Numbered from the whole stretch's first letter, positions 33,120 to 48,800 are shown. The stretch: DNA of 63,770 nt, filler included, from Reticulomyxa filosa (GCA_000512085.1; 16 parts of 16 records of this genome joined end to end with filler, not necessarily neighbours in it); one strand, 5' to 3'. Numbers and translations: made by a program. Notes: generated by a model from the sequence alone, not told the origin.

Positions 33120-34512
33120 TCAATTTCGTCTTGTGGTGTCCCAACAAAAGGATGCATCTGTGTCAATCAGCGGATGAACTTGTTTGTGATGAAGCAGATA
33201 CGGTCGATGTTGTTGAAGCCAGAGATGAAACTGGTCAACAACATCATCAATAATTGTATGTCTGACCCCATGGTATCGATACACTTCAATGAGAGATGCA
33301 TTTACCGATTGCAGATATTCAGTGGAATATTTCCGTTGCCAATACAATTCGGCTTGCCAATGATTGGACAAATGAATGGCAGTCAGAGGTCCAGTTAAAG
33401 TTGACATTCGTCGATCTTTTTGCAAATATGCCTCTATATTTGAGTTTCAAAGTTAAATATTTATGACTTGATGAGATACAGAAAAAGCAGAATATAGATT
33501 TTGTGCAATCTCAAAAAAAAAAAAAAAAAACAAAAAACAAAACAAACAAACGTGAATGTTTTTCAGGTTCATATCGTCGTCGAGCTACCCCTTCACTGAG
33601 CAAGAGCCACCACAAATTTCCTTTCATATTTTTGCGTGTGTAATACATGTTACTGTCCGCTGGCTTGAATGGCAGCCAATTATCGACAATTTCAACATAG
33701 TGTGTCCATGCGAGTTTGCTAGCCAAGGGATCCATAACCCATTTCGGTAATCCATTGACAAACACCAAACAACGGCCCCGTTCAATGAACGTGGTGAAGT
33801 TGTTTTTATTCACGTCGCATCCCAATTGCTCGTAGCAAGTGGAGCCAATATATCGATTGATTTCAATGTAATTCACGCCAAACGTATTATACATATAATC
33901 AATCATGTCCACAACCTTAGAATCCTTGACGAGTACTCGTTTTTGCTCTTCTCGCTGTTTTCGCTTGTAACGTGATATCTGTCCAAGTTTATGATATATG
34001 TTGGTTGTGTTGCACTTGATAATTGTCGCGTTTCAGAAAAACGAAAAAGAGGAAAGAGAAAAACACCAGGAAACAAACAAACAAACAAACAAATGTACAA
34101 AACAGTTTGAGAGTCAATTTCATCTCCATATTGAAATTTATCCGGTTCTGAAGTGTAGACGATGTGGGAAACCAACTTGTCGTTGAATTGAATATTGACA
34201 TTGGGAATGATCCATTCGTCCACGTCGATGTTGGCAATGAAGTCGGATTCGAACCGGAATCTCGTCATGCAAGAGTGAATTTGCGCGTGTTGATAATACA
34301 AGTTGGAAACAGGCCAACGACGAGTGGTTTTGTCCACCGGATACAAAATATACGTTACCAGACCACGGTTGATATACGGCTGCAGCGCCTCATAGATCGT
34401 ATTGCCCTCTAAACGCCGTTGGTGGTCATAGATATAAAAATGGTCAAACCCTTGCATGCGATGGTATTGCACCCATTGCTCAATTTGCAACGGCATTTGT
34501 CCAAATTTGTCA
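33120..34512 (-). CDS. Glycosyltransferase family 92-like (GT-A fold) protein, 5'-truncated
   Basis: IEQWVQYHRMQGFDHFYIYD, LQPYINRGLV, QIHSCM..FIANIDVDEWI (DxD). Confidence 0.8.
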
Positions 34513-34793
34513 CCTTTTTTTTTTTTTAAAAAAAAAAAAAAGATGAAAAATGTCCTTAAATTTAAATAAATATATACGCACTTGTATACATTTATTTTAT
34601 TTTACACAAACTAAACAAAACTCAAAATACGTATACGTAATTTCCCCTCCCCCCNNNNNNNNNNNNNNNNNNNNNNNNNNNNNNNNNNNNNNNNNNNNTT
34701 AATTAATTAANNNNNNNNNNNNNNNNNNNNNNNNNNNNNNNNNNNNNNNNNNNNTTTTTTTTTTTTTTTTTGGATTGATCACATATAATTTAG

Positions 34794-35552
34794 TATTGGC
34801 CTGTTCGATCACCAACCAAAGAGGAAATGTCCATAGCGAAAGTTGTCAATATCATCAATGCCGTGATCAACCACAAGAACGGATTCGATTTGCAATCGTA
34901 TTGGGATATTTTATTGGCGGTCATAGACCAGCTAGTCACGTGTATGAAGTCTAAACATCACTCTGTCGCGGAACGGGCGTTAACGATTTGGAGTGAAGAT
35001 GCCGTCGAAGCCTTGGTCGACACCGACAAAAAGGTTATTTGGCCGAGAATTATTGCTGGTTTTGTTGAAGTTAAATTATCCGCAGGATATTCAAACTCCT
35101 TCTTTTTCCTTCTCTGGTTGTGTTTGGATTTTTATTCACTCCAAAAGATCAAGAGTGGGGCTGCCACTAACCGTTTTTTTTTTTTTTTTTTTTGCTGTTG
35201 ATGTTGCTTTTTTTGTTGGTCATGACGTGTGAGGGGTTTTGCAGAATAAAAACCATTGGAATGAACAATTGAGGCAATGTAATGATGATGCAATGAACAA
35301 CTTTAAGACAAGAGATCAAAATACATTTTCCAAGGTTATGGAGGACTATTTAAGCAACAAGGCCTTTATATCTTCCTCCGAGAAGCTCCTCAATGACAAG
35401 GTTCACTTTTTTTTTTTTTTTTAATTATTAAAGCTTGCAATTAAAACAAAACTTGTGTATGCGTATCGAAATAGAAAAAACGCCGACAATACCGATGGAG
35501 TATCGTGCGCACAATTGCTAGTCATAGATCGCATTCTAAAGTCCCAAGGTAG
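34794..35552 (+). CDS. PP2A regulatory subunit B56-family, divergent C-terminal fragment
   Basis: YWP..PTKEE, CMKSKHHSVAERALTIW, IWPRI, KNHWNEQLR across GT-AG introns. Confidence 0.8.
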
Positions 35553-36331
35553 CCAAAAAAATGTCTTGGCGACTTGACGAAAATTGCTTATTTTTCTTTT
35601 TCTCCCTCCTTTGACTTGCCTTCGTTTTTTTGTTTTTTTTCTCCGCTCCCCTGCTTTTTGTTTTTTTTAATTTTTCCCTTTTATAGATTTTGTGAGCATG
35701 ATATTCTTGCGCTGTGTTGTTTTGATGATTTTTGTGTATTGTAAGTGTAACATGTCGTCATTGCGACACACCTTTGGTCAGATTTTTGTTTGCTCTGCAG
35801 CGGTTACAACTTATAAAATCCAAGCACTTGGATATCTGATAGAATTAAGATGCATATTTTTTTTTATTGAGTTATATTTGCTTCAAAGTCAGTTCGGTTA
35901 TCGTTCTGACATTTTCTCAATGCAATTGTGTAAAACAATTTGATACTTATAAAGATATTTTATTAGATTTTGTTAATGTAGCCACTTTTTTAATGCAAAA
36001 AAGGCACCCTTCAGTAAAAATTATAATGAGTTGAAAATCTTTGTGGACGACATGGTGACGAGGCTTGTGTTGCCCCTTTTTTTTCAAATAAGAAATCAAA
36101 AAAATTAAAACAAACAGTTTAGTGCAAATTGCACAACAAAAAAACCAAACTACACTTTCAAAAAAACATTTCAGACAAACAACACACTACTTTGAACTTC
36201 ACTTGCGCTGGCCAACCGACACAACACGCTCAACTTGAAATCTATATATCATAATGTATTGATCACAACTTGGGTTCACAATACAAATGGAGACAGTTAA
36301 AAAAACTTACCTAATTGACTTTGGTTTCTTT

Positions 36332-37905
36332 TTAAAAAGTATACTCATCCAAATAAAAACAGTGACATCGACTTTCCACACGATACTTGCCATCAAATGA
36401 CATTGATTGTTCATCGTTGAACAAATAGCAAATATCTTTATGGAGAAAATGTGAGCACATGTGCGTGTTGTCGTTGCAAATAGAATTCGATATTCTTACA
36501 ATTTGATTTGCGACTGTCATGGTATTCGCATTCTTGAATGGCAACTGTTGATATCACTGTTACTGTTGATATTGTCGCTGTAGCATAGAAGGCAATAGAA
36601 CAACACAGTGCCCATCTACTTCAAGTGAATCCAGACCAGAAGCAGCATTCGTATCTTGTACTGGAGTGAAGAGTCACTTTCCACACTGGTCGTACGCTTC
36701 AATCTCCACTTGCCCAATTTTAAATCTATAAATTAAGAGGCACATACTAAGATAGAGTAAGTATATTGTTTGCGTATGTTGCTGTTAGTGTATTGATTAT
36801 ATATATATAATAATTAAACTTTCAAGAGATGGACACCAAGACTTTGATTATAGGAATATGAAATGGAAGAGCCATTACGCGCCAATGACTTATCGCCGTT
36901 CAGTTGATTCTATACATCGACTTTGAAGGCTGCAACGGCTTCCAATTGGTTCTTTTGCCTTGTAGCAAGAATATCGTCGCTAATTCCATTTATTTTCGTT
37001 CTGCCCAAGTTCTTGCAAGTGCTTTCCACATCGTAATAGTTATTGGTGCTGCTGCTGTTGCTTTGGTTGAGGAGGCAGAGCATATAACATTCTTTTTTTA
37101 TCCTTGAGGCTGTCAGGTACGTATAGTTGTCGATAACCACTGACACGTATATTTCCACAAAAAATTTTTCGCATCATCTTTTTTTTTTTTTGGAATCTTC
37201 GTTTTTTGATCTTTTCGATTCGGATGATCACCTTTTCCCCAAGTGACTCGCCGATTGTTCTCAGAATCTATTTTTATGTTTGTACGTATAAGTTTTAAAA
37301 AAAAAGAAGTTTTTTGATTTATTTTGTCTAATCACAAAAACACAAATTGTTTATTTAGAACAACTTTTGGACATTTCGACGGATCGCAAAATATCAAAAC
37401 GCTTGCTCGTGATGTTCTACGCTTTTGGCCACTCGAACGACTTTCGCTGGCCATCACATTCACACAATGCTGAGCGATTACCACACTCTTCGGCACATTT
37501 CTTTGCCACTTGCCACCGAGACATTTTAATAGCAATACGAGTCCATGTGTAGTAATTGCTAGATGTCAAGTCCTTTCCAATAAATAACATGTCATTGTGC
37601 GAGTATGACAAAACATTTTTATATCCACAATATGATGCTGATTACAATTTTGAAGGCGATTGTAGAATGGGAATTGTATGTGAATACAGCCAAAGCGATA
37701 TGAAGTTGAGATTGAACAAGATGAGCTGGACGTATAACAATTTCAATTATCGTAGTGCCCATAATTTTTCATATCCACAAATCAACAACGGGGAGATTTA
37801 CTAACTTTTTCACTACTTTTCTGCTGGGCCGCCAACGAATGTTAGTATCAATAATCCACATACCCACCAATACGTATACAACGTTTCCCACGCAATTTTT
37901 CTTCA
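36332..37905 (-). pseudogene. Probable decayed gene of unknown family
   Basis: Exon-like composition with repeated stops and frameshifts; no motif identified. Confidence 0.3.
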
Positions 37906-38259
37906 TTTTTTTCCCTTTTTAATCCTTTTTGATTTCCAAATTACCTATTTACACACAGACAAGTTTACAATTATANNNNNNNNNNNNNNNNNNNNNNNNN
38001 NNNNNNNNNNNNNNNNNNNTTAATTAATTAANNNNNNNNNNNNNNNNNNNNNNNNNNNNNNNNNNNNNNNNNNNNGCTACTGCGAAACTTCGTGATGAGA
38101 ATTCACCTCTTTCGTCACCCTCGAAGAGGTATTAACAAAAATTGAACAAAAAGAAGAAGAGGAGAGAAAAATGGAAAAAACGCAGCACCACTTTTTTTTT
38201 TTTTTTCTCAAATGTCTCACCTTCTTCTTCCTCTTCTTCTCGCTCCATCCTCTCGAATC

Positions 38260-39490
38260 TCGAGCAATTTACAAACAAATACAAACTAAGGAACTACATA
38301 GCCGGGGTGGAAGTAAATCCGAAAGTGACACGTGAAACAATAAAAGATGATGAATTTGTATTAGCCGAATATCATAGTGATTTTCCTCAACTGCTCAATG
38401 ATGCACTTTCACAATGTAATATCGAACATTTTTGTATACATATATATATATATATTTATATAATGTTATTTCAATGAACACAAAACAATGGACAAAATGA
38501 ATGACGAAAAAACAAAATAAAAAGTGACAAAAGAACAAAAGCAAAACGAAGTGAAAATGAAAGCTTATGACAATCAGTGGATGCTTGCGTCCATTAGTCA
38601 AAAAGAGATTTATTATTGGAACACTGCTTTCAGTCATGGTTCAGTTACACATGTTGTTATTATTTTGCGTGTTTATATAATATATACACACATATTATAT
38701 ACATGTATATACATATACATACATATATATATATTTTTTTTTTGAAAATGAAAAAATCAAAACGGGTTGGTACGACGATCATAAAAGCAAATGTCAAATG
38801 AAGAAGGCGAGTGTTATTATGTAAACCTCGGACTGTTAATGAACGAAGATGACATTGAATTACCGCGAGTGGAAGACATCCATTTGCTGTATCCGTTTGC
38901 TCCGTGTCACTCGTCTTTGCACTTGCACCATGCGAGTACACAAAGGCCGACTGACCCTTTAGATGCAAGCGACACGTCGTCCATGTATGTGAATCCATTT
39001 CTGCCCTGCCTTGATAGCGGTTCGTCTCAACTCTCGGCGGACGAGCATTTGGCCCATGGCACGAACCCGTTTTCGGGTATATCCATTTTCCCAAGTGAGC
39101 AGTTGGGCAGTTTCAAACACATTGTCGGCATTGCATTTGTGGACAATACATATGGCTATTTTTACTTCCTCCACCATTGCAAAAAGCCGCTGTGGGACAA
39201 TAGTCACTCCTTCTTCTCCTCTTCCTCTTCCTCTTTCTCTTCCTCCATGTTGTCGGGGCCTTTGGACCCAGATCATCATGACCAACCACAACTGTTCGAA
39301 TTCACTCGTCGCGATGTCACCAAGATATCTCTGCCACTGCGACGCAGAGACATTCGTGGTCACCAAAGGCGGTTGTCCACTCCTCAAGACCAAGACGTCG
39401 ACTCGGACACAAACGCCGACGACAGTCAAACGGGTGATGAAACTGTCGTCACTACTTTGGTTTTGCCGCAATCGGAATCTGTCAATGTTT
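38260..39490 (+). CDS. Hypothetical protein, internal multi-exon fragment
   Basis: Higher-GC ORF segments (38791-39490) separated by (TA)n-containing intron-like tracts. Confidence 0.5.
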
Positions 39491-41724
39491 CGTTTTTTTT
39501 TTTTTTGNNNNNNNNNNNNNNNNNNNNNNNNNNNNNNNNNNNNNNNNNNNNTTAATTAATTAANNNNNNNNNNNNNNNNNNNNNNNNNNNNNNNNNNNNN
39601 NNNNNNNAAAAAAGAATTGTTAAAATTTTTGTATAGTATTTCTACAATTGTAATTAAAAAAAAAATGAATTAATTACAAATAATTAAAAATTAAAATTTT
39701 TTTTTTTTGGAATAATTTATTTTTCCTTGAATAATGATTTTTCAATTGAAGAGAAAAACTTTTCCCTTTTTAGAAAAAATTCTGTGCTTTACGAATGTGG
39801 TTTTAACTCTTCTCTTTTAAACGGTCTAACAAACCAAACGTAGACAACATGGAAAGTTCCTTCACAATGTATTCATCTGCAAAATGCAACAGCTGCCGAA
39901 AAAGAAAGAAAACAACCAGTGTAAACCTAATACACCCAAAACAACATCCTTCGAAAAAGAGATGCTGTTATCACGGCCAAAACAAATACGCTTGCCTATT
40001 GGCAACCTTGTACATCTATCTTCACAACCAAGACATCAATTTTTTGTTGTCTCATTCAATCTGTTTGGCAGGGCCATGTTTTTATGTCTTGTTACCACTT
40101 CATTGTGAGCAATCTCATTTCAAAACATTTGAAATCTAATATTTTAATACATTGACTCGCTATCTTATAAAAAAGGATTCTGAAGAACAAAATTAGCAAT
40201 GACCCAATTTGGGGTGAAGTTGAAAGATTCCTCTTTTGTTGGAATTATCATCAATGGGAAAAAGGTGTGATACCGAATACGAGAAAATAGAGGAAAAACC
40301 ACAGGTAAATGTACACTATCAGCCAGATGATATTTGTCATGTAAATCTTCAGCAGCACCTAAAAAAAAAAGCAACTTGTTACCATTGCAACAAAGATATT
40401 TAGATAAAATTATAATTTCTAAACATTCCAGGAGTGGGAATCGGATTGACAATTTTTTTTCTTTTGTAGATGATGAAAAAGTAGTCCGAAACAACGTATA
40501 CAATAACTTGTCAAAAAGACACATCTTTTTTTTTTGGAGAGACACATTATTTTATAAGAATGTTTTGGATTGAAACTGTTTAGGGTTTTAGGTTGTCAAA
40601 TACTGTGGCACAAGTGAAAAGTTTGTCGATGTGAAACTCAACGAATGGAACAAAAATGCAGACGATGGGTCGAAAAATGGAAAGTGGTAGTTTAGTTGCA
40701 AAACTGGACGAGGGCTCAAAGATATTGGCAAGGTTTGAAGGTATTTCGGCCTGAATTATCTTTTGAACGAATCAGCATGAAAGAGTGGTTTAAGATTTTA
40801 AAATAAAAAGAGAAAGAGAAATTTAGTAAAAATATTGAAAATTGTCAAGTGAACAATTGTATTGAAATAGTTGCAAGACGAATAGGTTTATTTTAATAAT
40901 CATTTATCATTTTATTTATTTTTTTAATAATAAATAACATACAAAAATATGTACACATATAATACATGTATACATATATAAAAGGAATGGTTCGGCTCGT
41001 GTTTGAATTTTTGGCCAATGCCACAGACGGCACAGTCAAATGGCTGACAACGACTTGAGTGGAACCTCTCATCAGAGCAAGAGTTAAACACATGGGATCC
41101 CAATGCCAATGACGGAATATTTAATGAATAAACTATATTTCAAACCAAAATGGACAGGTTTAATGTTTAATTTTGATGGGAGTTGTCACATTTATTAAGC
41201 AAGCTTTGATGTCAATAAGTTGATTTTTTATAATATTACATTAACTAATTTGTTGGGATTAATTTTTTAAGTTAATAAAAGACTAATTGCATAAGAATTT
41301 CTAATGAAAGATGATAAAAATTTTATAATAAGATTATTACTTATGAATAAAAGCAAAATTGTTGTTTATGTCACATTTTTTTTGTTTGTTGCATCATCAA
41401 AAGGTTGCAATGACACAATAATATGCAATAAAAATACTTCAATAATGTACACATAAAATAATGTATGCAGTTTAATTCAAACAAACAAATTAATACAAGC
41501 GAATGAATTCAGCAGGTTTAAATTTTCTCTTTTTTAAAGTAGTTTTTTTGGATTGAATGTTTAATTTTTGATGTAACCTGTTGGAAATAGCCGAGCGTAG
41601 ATGAAGAGAAGACTGTGACGAAATCTTTTGGGTCGGAATTGATCTCGACCACGATGTTTCATATTTTCGCCCGTGGCCTTTGTCCACTTGTATTGGTCAA
41701 ATTTGGCTATCTCAATACGCCACG

Positions 41725-42890
41725 TCACACGTGATTTTTTAAGGCAAAAATATCCTTAATATTATTCAATTGATAGTATTCCTTATGTCTCTCTTTGTTA
41801 TAAATATTGGGAACAGGTTGATCATTATACGTGTCAGCCAGCTCTTTGCTGTTAAGCAAGTCGACACTGCGATACATCTTCCACAAAAATTTGAACAGGT
41901 AATGAATCATTTTAAACTCGTCTTCCCCTTTTGTTTGAATCCAGCCACGCATGTAATATGGTGTGTTTTCTTTGTACTGTTTGCATCGCAGCGCCGTCAG
42001 CCAATCAAATTCAAACATAAATTTGTCCACTTGTTGTCCAATTTCGGTCAAGTTCTTTGGACGTGAGTGTTCATATTCGGACAATATTCTATCTTTAAAA
42101 AAAAGTTCACAGTTATATACATATACGTATTATGTGCATGTAACCCCTTTTTTTTTAAAAAAAAAAAAACAAAACAAACAAACTGTCTTTCCCAATAAAA
42201 TGGATCCCTGACAAAAGGGCTGCACAATAGTAGACAAATCAGAGTACATCGCAGCTCGAACGGACTTTGATGATGTGAAGATGAGGACAGCGAAGCGATC
42301 CAAGATGGATAGAGTAGTGGAAACATGATCGATGTGTCGCAGATTGGAAGACACGATATCACTGTTGGAGTTGTCGTGTAAAAAAGAAGCGGTCGCACGA
42401 CCTTCCTTGTCGGATATGTGATTTGGCATCTGTTGACCTCACCGAAACAACTGAGCATGTTACACACGTCTTGGTCGATTCCATGATAATAGCATATTCC
42501 ATATGCAAAGGTTTTTGCAGTTGTTTAGTATCACGTACACTCGTTTCAATTGGCTTGTCTTGATTTGTTGCTGTTGCTGTTCTTTCAAGCTTTCCAGTTG
42601 CTTTAGCTGCTTCTTTGTTAACTGTTGGCTGTACCATATCTTTCTTTATTTCTTTGGTGTTTCCTTCTTCCAAGGGATTTTTATACCGTTTTTTTTTTTT
42701 ATCAATTTATCAATGTCTGCTTCCATTTCTTCTCTTTCCTCGCTTTGGATTTCTTTGAGGTCATCATTGTTGTGCTCGTCTTTGTGTTCTTCTTGTTCCT
42801 ACTTTCCCCCTCGTTTTTTGTTTCCAGATAGCTGCCAAATTTATGCTATTTATCTCCAAGGCCTCATAGCCAGCCACCATCATTCCATTG
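41725..42890 (-). CDS. Hypothetical protein or pseudogene, with frameshifts and an intron
   Basis: Consecutive coding-like minus-strand ORFs 42673-42359, 42429-42130 and 42084-41725. Confidence 0.4.
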
Positions 42891-45800
42891 GTTTGTTAAA
42901 AGTGAGGATTTAGGCTTTTTTTACTTTTTGATGTCAAAGGCATCCGCGCTGCAATCTTACATTCGCTATTGACTTCTTTTATTTCACTTTATTTCTTTAA
43001 AAAAAAAATTTTGAAAAATATTCAAAAAAAAAAAACAAAACTGACGATTGTGCAAGGACATGGTCAAATAACATTTATAACCGAATGGATTGAACAGCAT
43101 TATGATATCTCAATACCTTTCAATTGTTGAATTTTCTCAATTTTTTGAATCATGCAAAGTTGTTGTTGTCGCAAATGATCTCCCATTTTTGTTGCGCTGA
43201 GTGCTGATCCAAACTTTTTATGAGGAAACCCACAACGGCTGTAGCACTCATACAATCTCTGTCATTTTCAAATCTTCAAATATTTGTCCTCTGCTGCAGG
43301 TGCAGGTACAGCCATTTGTTATGTTTTTTTTGAAGATTTGAGCTACCAAGGGTAATCATTGATTACCAGCGACATTGGTCAGATGCTTTATTTTTTTTTT
43401 GATAAAATGCGTGAATAAACTTGCAACTCTACTTTTGTTTACTTGGCTTTCACTACAGAAACAAGCTAAGAAGAAAAAAGATGAACTTGAATTGTTGCCT
43501 TATTTTGTCAGTTGTCACTGGCTAAAATAATTTTATGATCAATTATGAACAGACCAACTCTCTTTTTTGTTCTTGACCAGCAGCAGCGCTTTTTTCAAGT
43601 ACAAGTTTTCTCAAATTCGTGCAAGTGTGAACATGGAAATTTTGTCCAATGAAAAAATTCCGACAAACCAAAAACCAATGTGCTTTAGATGTTACCCTTC
43701 ATAAAGCTAGTATTCAATCATTGAAGAAAAGAAATTCTTATAGCTGAACTTTTAGGGATATTTGATAACATTCTAAAAGGATTTGTCGATAATTTCAATG
43801 AATTTGTCTCTACTCTGTTTTCATGATTGCTTTCACTTTGTATGAAATTTGCTAGCAGATGTCTATCAAATGCCTGTCCAAAATAAGTTTTGGATGACAA
43901 AACATCAAGTAATACAACAAATACTTATCAAAATAGTGATAATATACAATTTTGAGGGATGAGTAGATGATTTTTTGAAATGTGATCAAAACAAAATAAA
44001 AAATTTATATTGTAATCAAAGGCAATTTTACTTGATCAAAGTATAACTTATTTTTGTTGTTGATACTCCATCTTCGACTCAGTGGGTTATCCATAATTGC
44101 CAAAGAGTATATCTCCGCCCCAGAATGCAAATTGTCCTGATCTGCCTAGTTCGGCCGTCTTTGTATCGAATTGTTGGACGACACTGTCCAAATACATCCC
44201 TACAAAACGCTTTAGCTTTTCGCGAACCAACTCATCGCACTGTTACATATTACGCGTGACAAATGCAATCAAACCGATCCCCATTTTCCAACATAAATGA
44301 ATGTAACATACACACGCACACACACACATACAAATGTATGTATGCATGCACAAACATTGTCGCGATTAGTGTTTAAGCCACTGATCTGGAAAGCGCTCTT
44401 TGGAATTGCAAAGATACCAATTGCTGTACAAAAATAAGTTCAACAACGATTTAAGAGTGGTACATGCTGATCGCGAAAACACGAGCCCATGCGTGGTGTA
44501 CTTTCACGTCCCGAGTTTATGACTCAGCTGTACGAACAATGCACATTAAACACGCATTTACGTGTTATCATCATTCATTGCAGATACATTTTTTTAAAAA
44601 AATACAAATTGTAAAAAGCCAAAATCAAACTTGATATATTTGAAAATAACCAGCATCATTTCCATTTCTCTTTGTGTCGGGATAATCCAACCACGCATAA
44701 GGGTCGATTCGTTCCAACAAAAAGTCTTGCAGCTCGTCCAAGCTGTTTCCTAAATATAAGTATACGTTCTTCCCTTGAGAACCATAAGAAGACTTACAAA
44801 TCCATCCTTTATTTTTTTATTTTTTTTTTTTCCACTGTTTATTTGATAGTGATTTTTTTGAATCATTATTTTTTTTTTTTCAAAGTACGCATACGTTGAT
44901 CGACTTTGATGAAAGGATGTCTTTGATAAAGTTCGGATCGTCACATATAAATGTATGATTTTTGTAATCAAAACTAATGATTTTGGAATAATTTGCTCAT
45001 ATACTTGGTTGATGTTGTCTCTGTATTATGCCAAAAAACGTCCTTACCATCACATCTTTGTCACAGAGTAAACATTGGTTGCAAATGTGTTAATGAATTG
45101 GTTGTCGTATCTCCATTGCTTGTTCACAAAAAAAAAAATACCACGTTCGGATTTGGCATTTCATTCAAATGGATTTGATACAATCCGTATTTATTCACTG
45201 CACATTTGCGAATATGTGTTCTTCCCATCACCCGAGAGCACTGGTCGGGATCACCAACAAACACGTACTCTCGTTTGTGGCCAGATTGAAATGTAGGCAA
45301 ATTCGACGAAAAACTACCCAAAGTTAGTGAAGGAGAGAATGTGTTGTCATTGTGATTTTCATGTTGAATTCGTCCAACCAATCATCTTTTCCAATGTATT
45401 TGATCATACCTTAATTCAACTCGATTACCAATGACATAATCACGAGTTGTTGAGTGGTGTGTATAATCATAGTGAGTTCTTGTACGATCTTGCACTTGCC
45501 AGATTATTGACTGCTGGTTCACATCATTGTTGTTTACAGGTGTGCCATCGTCAAAGTTGGAGAGTCGATGATTGTGAGTGGTGGGATAGTCTTTTTGCGA
45601 TTTGGCTCAATGTGGCTTTGTTCACAAATTTGTTTGAAAAGATATGCGAAGTGTTGGTTTGTAGTGTCTCTTTGCTACAATGTGACTATTATAAACCATC
45701 AATTTCGATCGATGAATAAATGGTAGTATTATAAAATTTATTTTTGACTTTGAAAGGGGTATACGATGAATATCTGATTATTTATTTATTTATTAACCAT

Positions 45801-48800
45801 TTCATGTATTAAGCACTTTCGGAACAAATAACAGCAAAATTGGTGTCCTCTCTTGACTGTAAAGATGCACAGCGTCAACCTGAATGTTGCCAATGTTAGG
45901 AGAGCTACAATAAACAAAAGCATTTTTTGGGCCGCGATGACAGCACCTTTTTTTTCGAATGGTGTCATTACTTTGGGTTTTTGGCTTTCACTGACTCTAT
46001 TCTTTCTTTTTCGGTAACTGCTGCAATTTTGCAGATGAGCGCATTGGAGAAGGGATCCTTGAGAAGCGAGCTCCATGTTGTATACTTTTGGCTTGTTAGA
46101 TTGTTTGAAGAGAGAACAGTCAAACCACATTCATGATGTTCAAGAACTTTTTCTAAAAAGGGAAATTTTTTTCTTTTTCAGAGAAAAGTCATTACCCAAA
46201 AAGAAGGATTTATCCAAAAAATAATTTAATTTTCGATTATCTATAGTTAATCTATTTTTGGAAATACAAATAAAAAATGNNNNNNNNNNNNNNNNNNNNN
46301 NNNNNNNNNNNNNNNNNNNNNNNTTAATTAATTAANNNNNNNNNNNNNNNNNNNNNNNNNNNNNNNNNNNNNNNNNNNNATAGGGGAAGTTTTCAAAAGG
46401 AAATTTTATTTTATTTTGGCAACTTCTTGAGCTCGCTAATGCCTTTTTTGAAAGCACAAACATAACTTGCGGCGTCAAAAATGTTATTTAAAAGATTTTT
46501 GTCCTTGAATAATTTTCGGAGATTTTATCACAAAAATGACTTTTTTTTGGCCTGTGCAAAAGTTGAACTAAACGAAAAAAAAATGGCTGGACTATTTCCA
46601 CGTTTGAATTTTTCGTCAAATAATTATAATTTGTATATGGCAAAAAAGAAAAAAATAAATATGATAGTCTCATCATCCACATTTCAAATCATGTTTTCCT
46701 TTTCTCAAGCTCAGTGCAACACTCTGGAACAGAAATTGTTAATTTTAATGTCTCTGCCAAGTAAGTTGTTATTCTACCACATTCGAAGCAACCAATTCAG
46801 TAATGAAACAATAATGACAGATAATTGAAAAGATTTAACAAAAAATTGATAAAATAACTCGTTTTGAGAATTTCAAATTTTATCAACAATTGCAATCATT
46901 CAATAAACACACAAAAAGTATGTGGCATATGAATATACTTCATTTGCTCGAACGTGCTCCACTATGTGAGCAAATAACAGTACCAGCATTCAGCAAACAT
47001 GCGTATTGAATCAAGTATGTTTTCTCTTCGTACATTCGTGCAAGAACTTGATGCAATACCACTTTCCAAACAATTAGAATTGCATCAAGGTTTCTTGTAT
47101 CATTTGTTAACTTATTTACAGAGCGGTATTATCAAATCAAGTCAATTACATCCCATTGTGCAATAACAAAAATGGAATAAATTGATAGATGATCCAAAGC
47201 AAAATGTTAAAAAAATTGAAATACAATTGTAAAATTCTATTTGGAGATATTCAATTGAGATTTGATACAAAAAACATAGAAGTAAATACACTGGATGACA
47301 AAATTATTGGTGAATATATTGGAAGCACATGATATTATTTATAAGAATTCATAAAAATCTAAAAAGTGTGTTTGAACAAAGAACGTCTACATAATTTACG
47401 TGCGAAGGAAATTATAGAATACTTTACTTGTGAGAAATCTAATCGTCACATGGTTAACACATTGAAATGCTTAAATGTATTGGCAGATATACAGATTAGT
47501 CATGAAAATATTGATGGAGGAATCACTTCAAAAAGTAAAACTATCTTCAAAAAAATACTTGGTTTGATTAAATAGTGAATGAATGGAAAAGATTTAATTA
47601 CACCTCGAAGAATTATTTTATGCCATTAAACAAATCGCAAAACCAAATTGCAAAGAGGTTTGGTTGATCAAGTCATATACTTAGAAATGGCACAGCAAAT
47701 TGTCAAGATAAATTCTTTTTTAAAATAATATGCATCCTAGAGAATTCAAAAATGCATTAAATTTTTTACACTTTATTAAAAATCAAGCACATTCGGTAAT
47801 TTGGATGGTAAAAAAAACATTTACACTTTTTGATTGTAATTACCAACTTAATANNNNNNNNNNNNNNNNNNNNNNNNNNNNNNNNNNNNNNNNNNNNTTA
47901 ATTAATTAANNNNNNNNNNNNNNNNNNNNNNNNNNNNNNNNNNNNNNNNNNNNTCATAGATCTGTTTGCATATTAGTATTCGCAATGTTAATTTCATATC
48001 TTCATCTACTTCCAATCCCCACTGCATCAATATCGGGTTGATTGCAATAAGGATTGTAATTGCTGGAATGCTGCCAATTCACGTCTTAGCGTTGAGATTT
48101 CGTCAGCATTATTCTTCTGTTTTTGATCATTGTTAAGCTTTCTTTTATTCTTCTTTCTATTGGTCCTTTTCTTTGGCTTTTGAGGACCATTGTTGTTTTC
48201 ATTTCCATTTGGTCTTTGTTCTTTGGCAGCATCAGTATAGGAGATGAAATTACCATGATTTTTTAAAATCATTGCATAAGTATCCAATTCATTGTGTGTA
48301 TATTATTGTAAATGACAAATCCATGTCTACATGCACGAAAACTGAGATAATGTGCAAAAAATCATCTTTTTTAAATTGAAAAAAAATTTAAATTTTGAGA
48401 GAACGAAAGAGAACAAAAAGACAAGACAAAGGCCATTGAAAATTTTAAAATATTATCAAAGAAACAACTTGGAATTGGTTGATCTTATTCGCTTTTTCAT
48501 TGATTGCTTTGGTTACAACAGAAAAGACAAGGAAGATGTTAATGAATTGTGTATTCTTCTATGTGATATTGAAAACAAAAATTGATAAAAATGATTATTG
48601 TTTGAAATTACAACACTTTCAAAAAATGAGCAAAGGTAGTATTATTGAATTAAATGAAGGTGTTATAAAAGAATTAAAAAAACCAAATTTCTGATTTGAA
48701 TAATCGCATGACATCATTTTTCAACAAAGAAAATCATTGGATTATTTTTATTTTTAAGTTTCAAATGTTTGAAACATCCTTTCGTGATGTAAAAAAGACC

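Noticed and set aside
36332-37905. Stop-codon reassignment (ciliate-like code)
   Set aside because: Well-conserved genes in the window end in TAA, TAG and TGA and have no in-frame stops at conserved positions. The interrupted regions also contain frameshifts.
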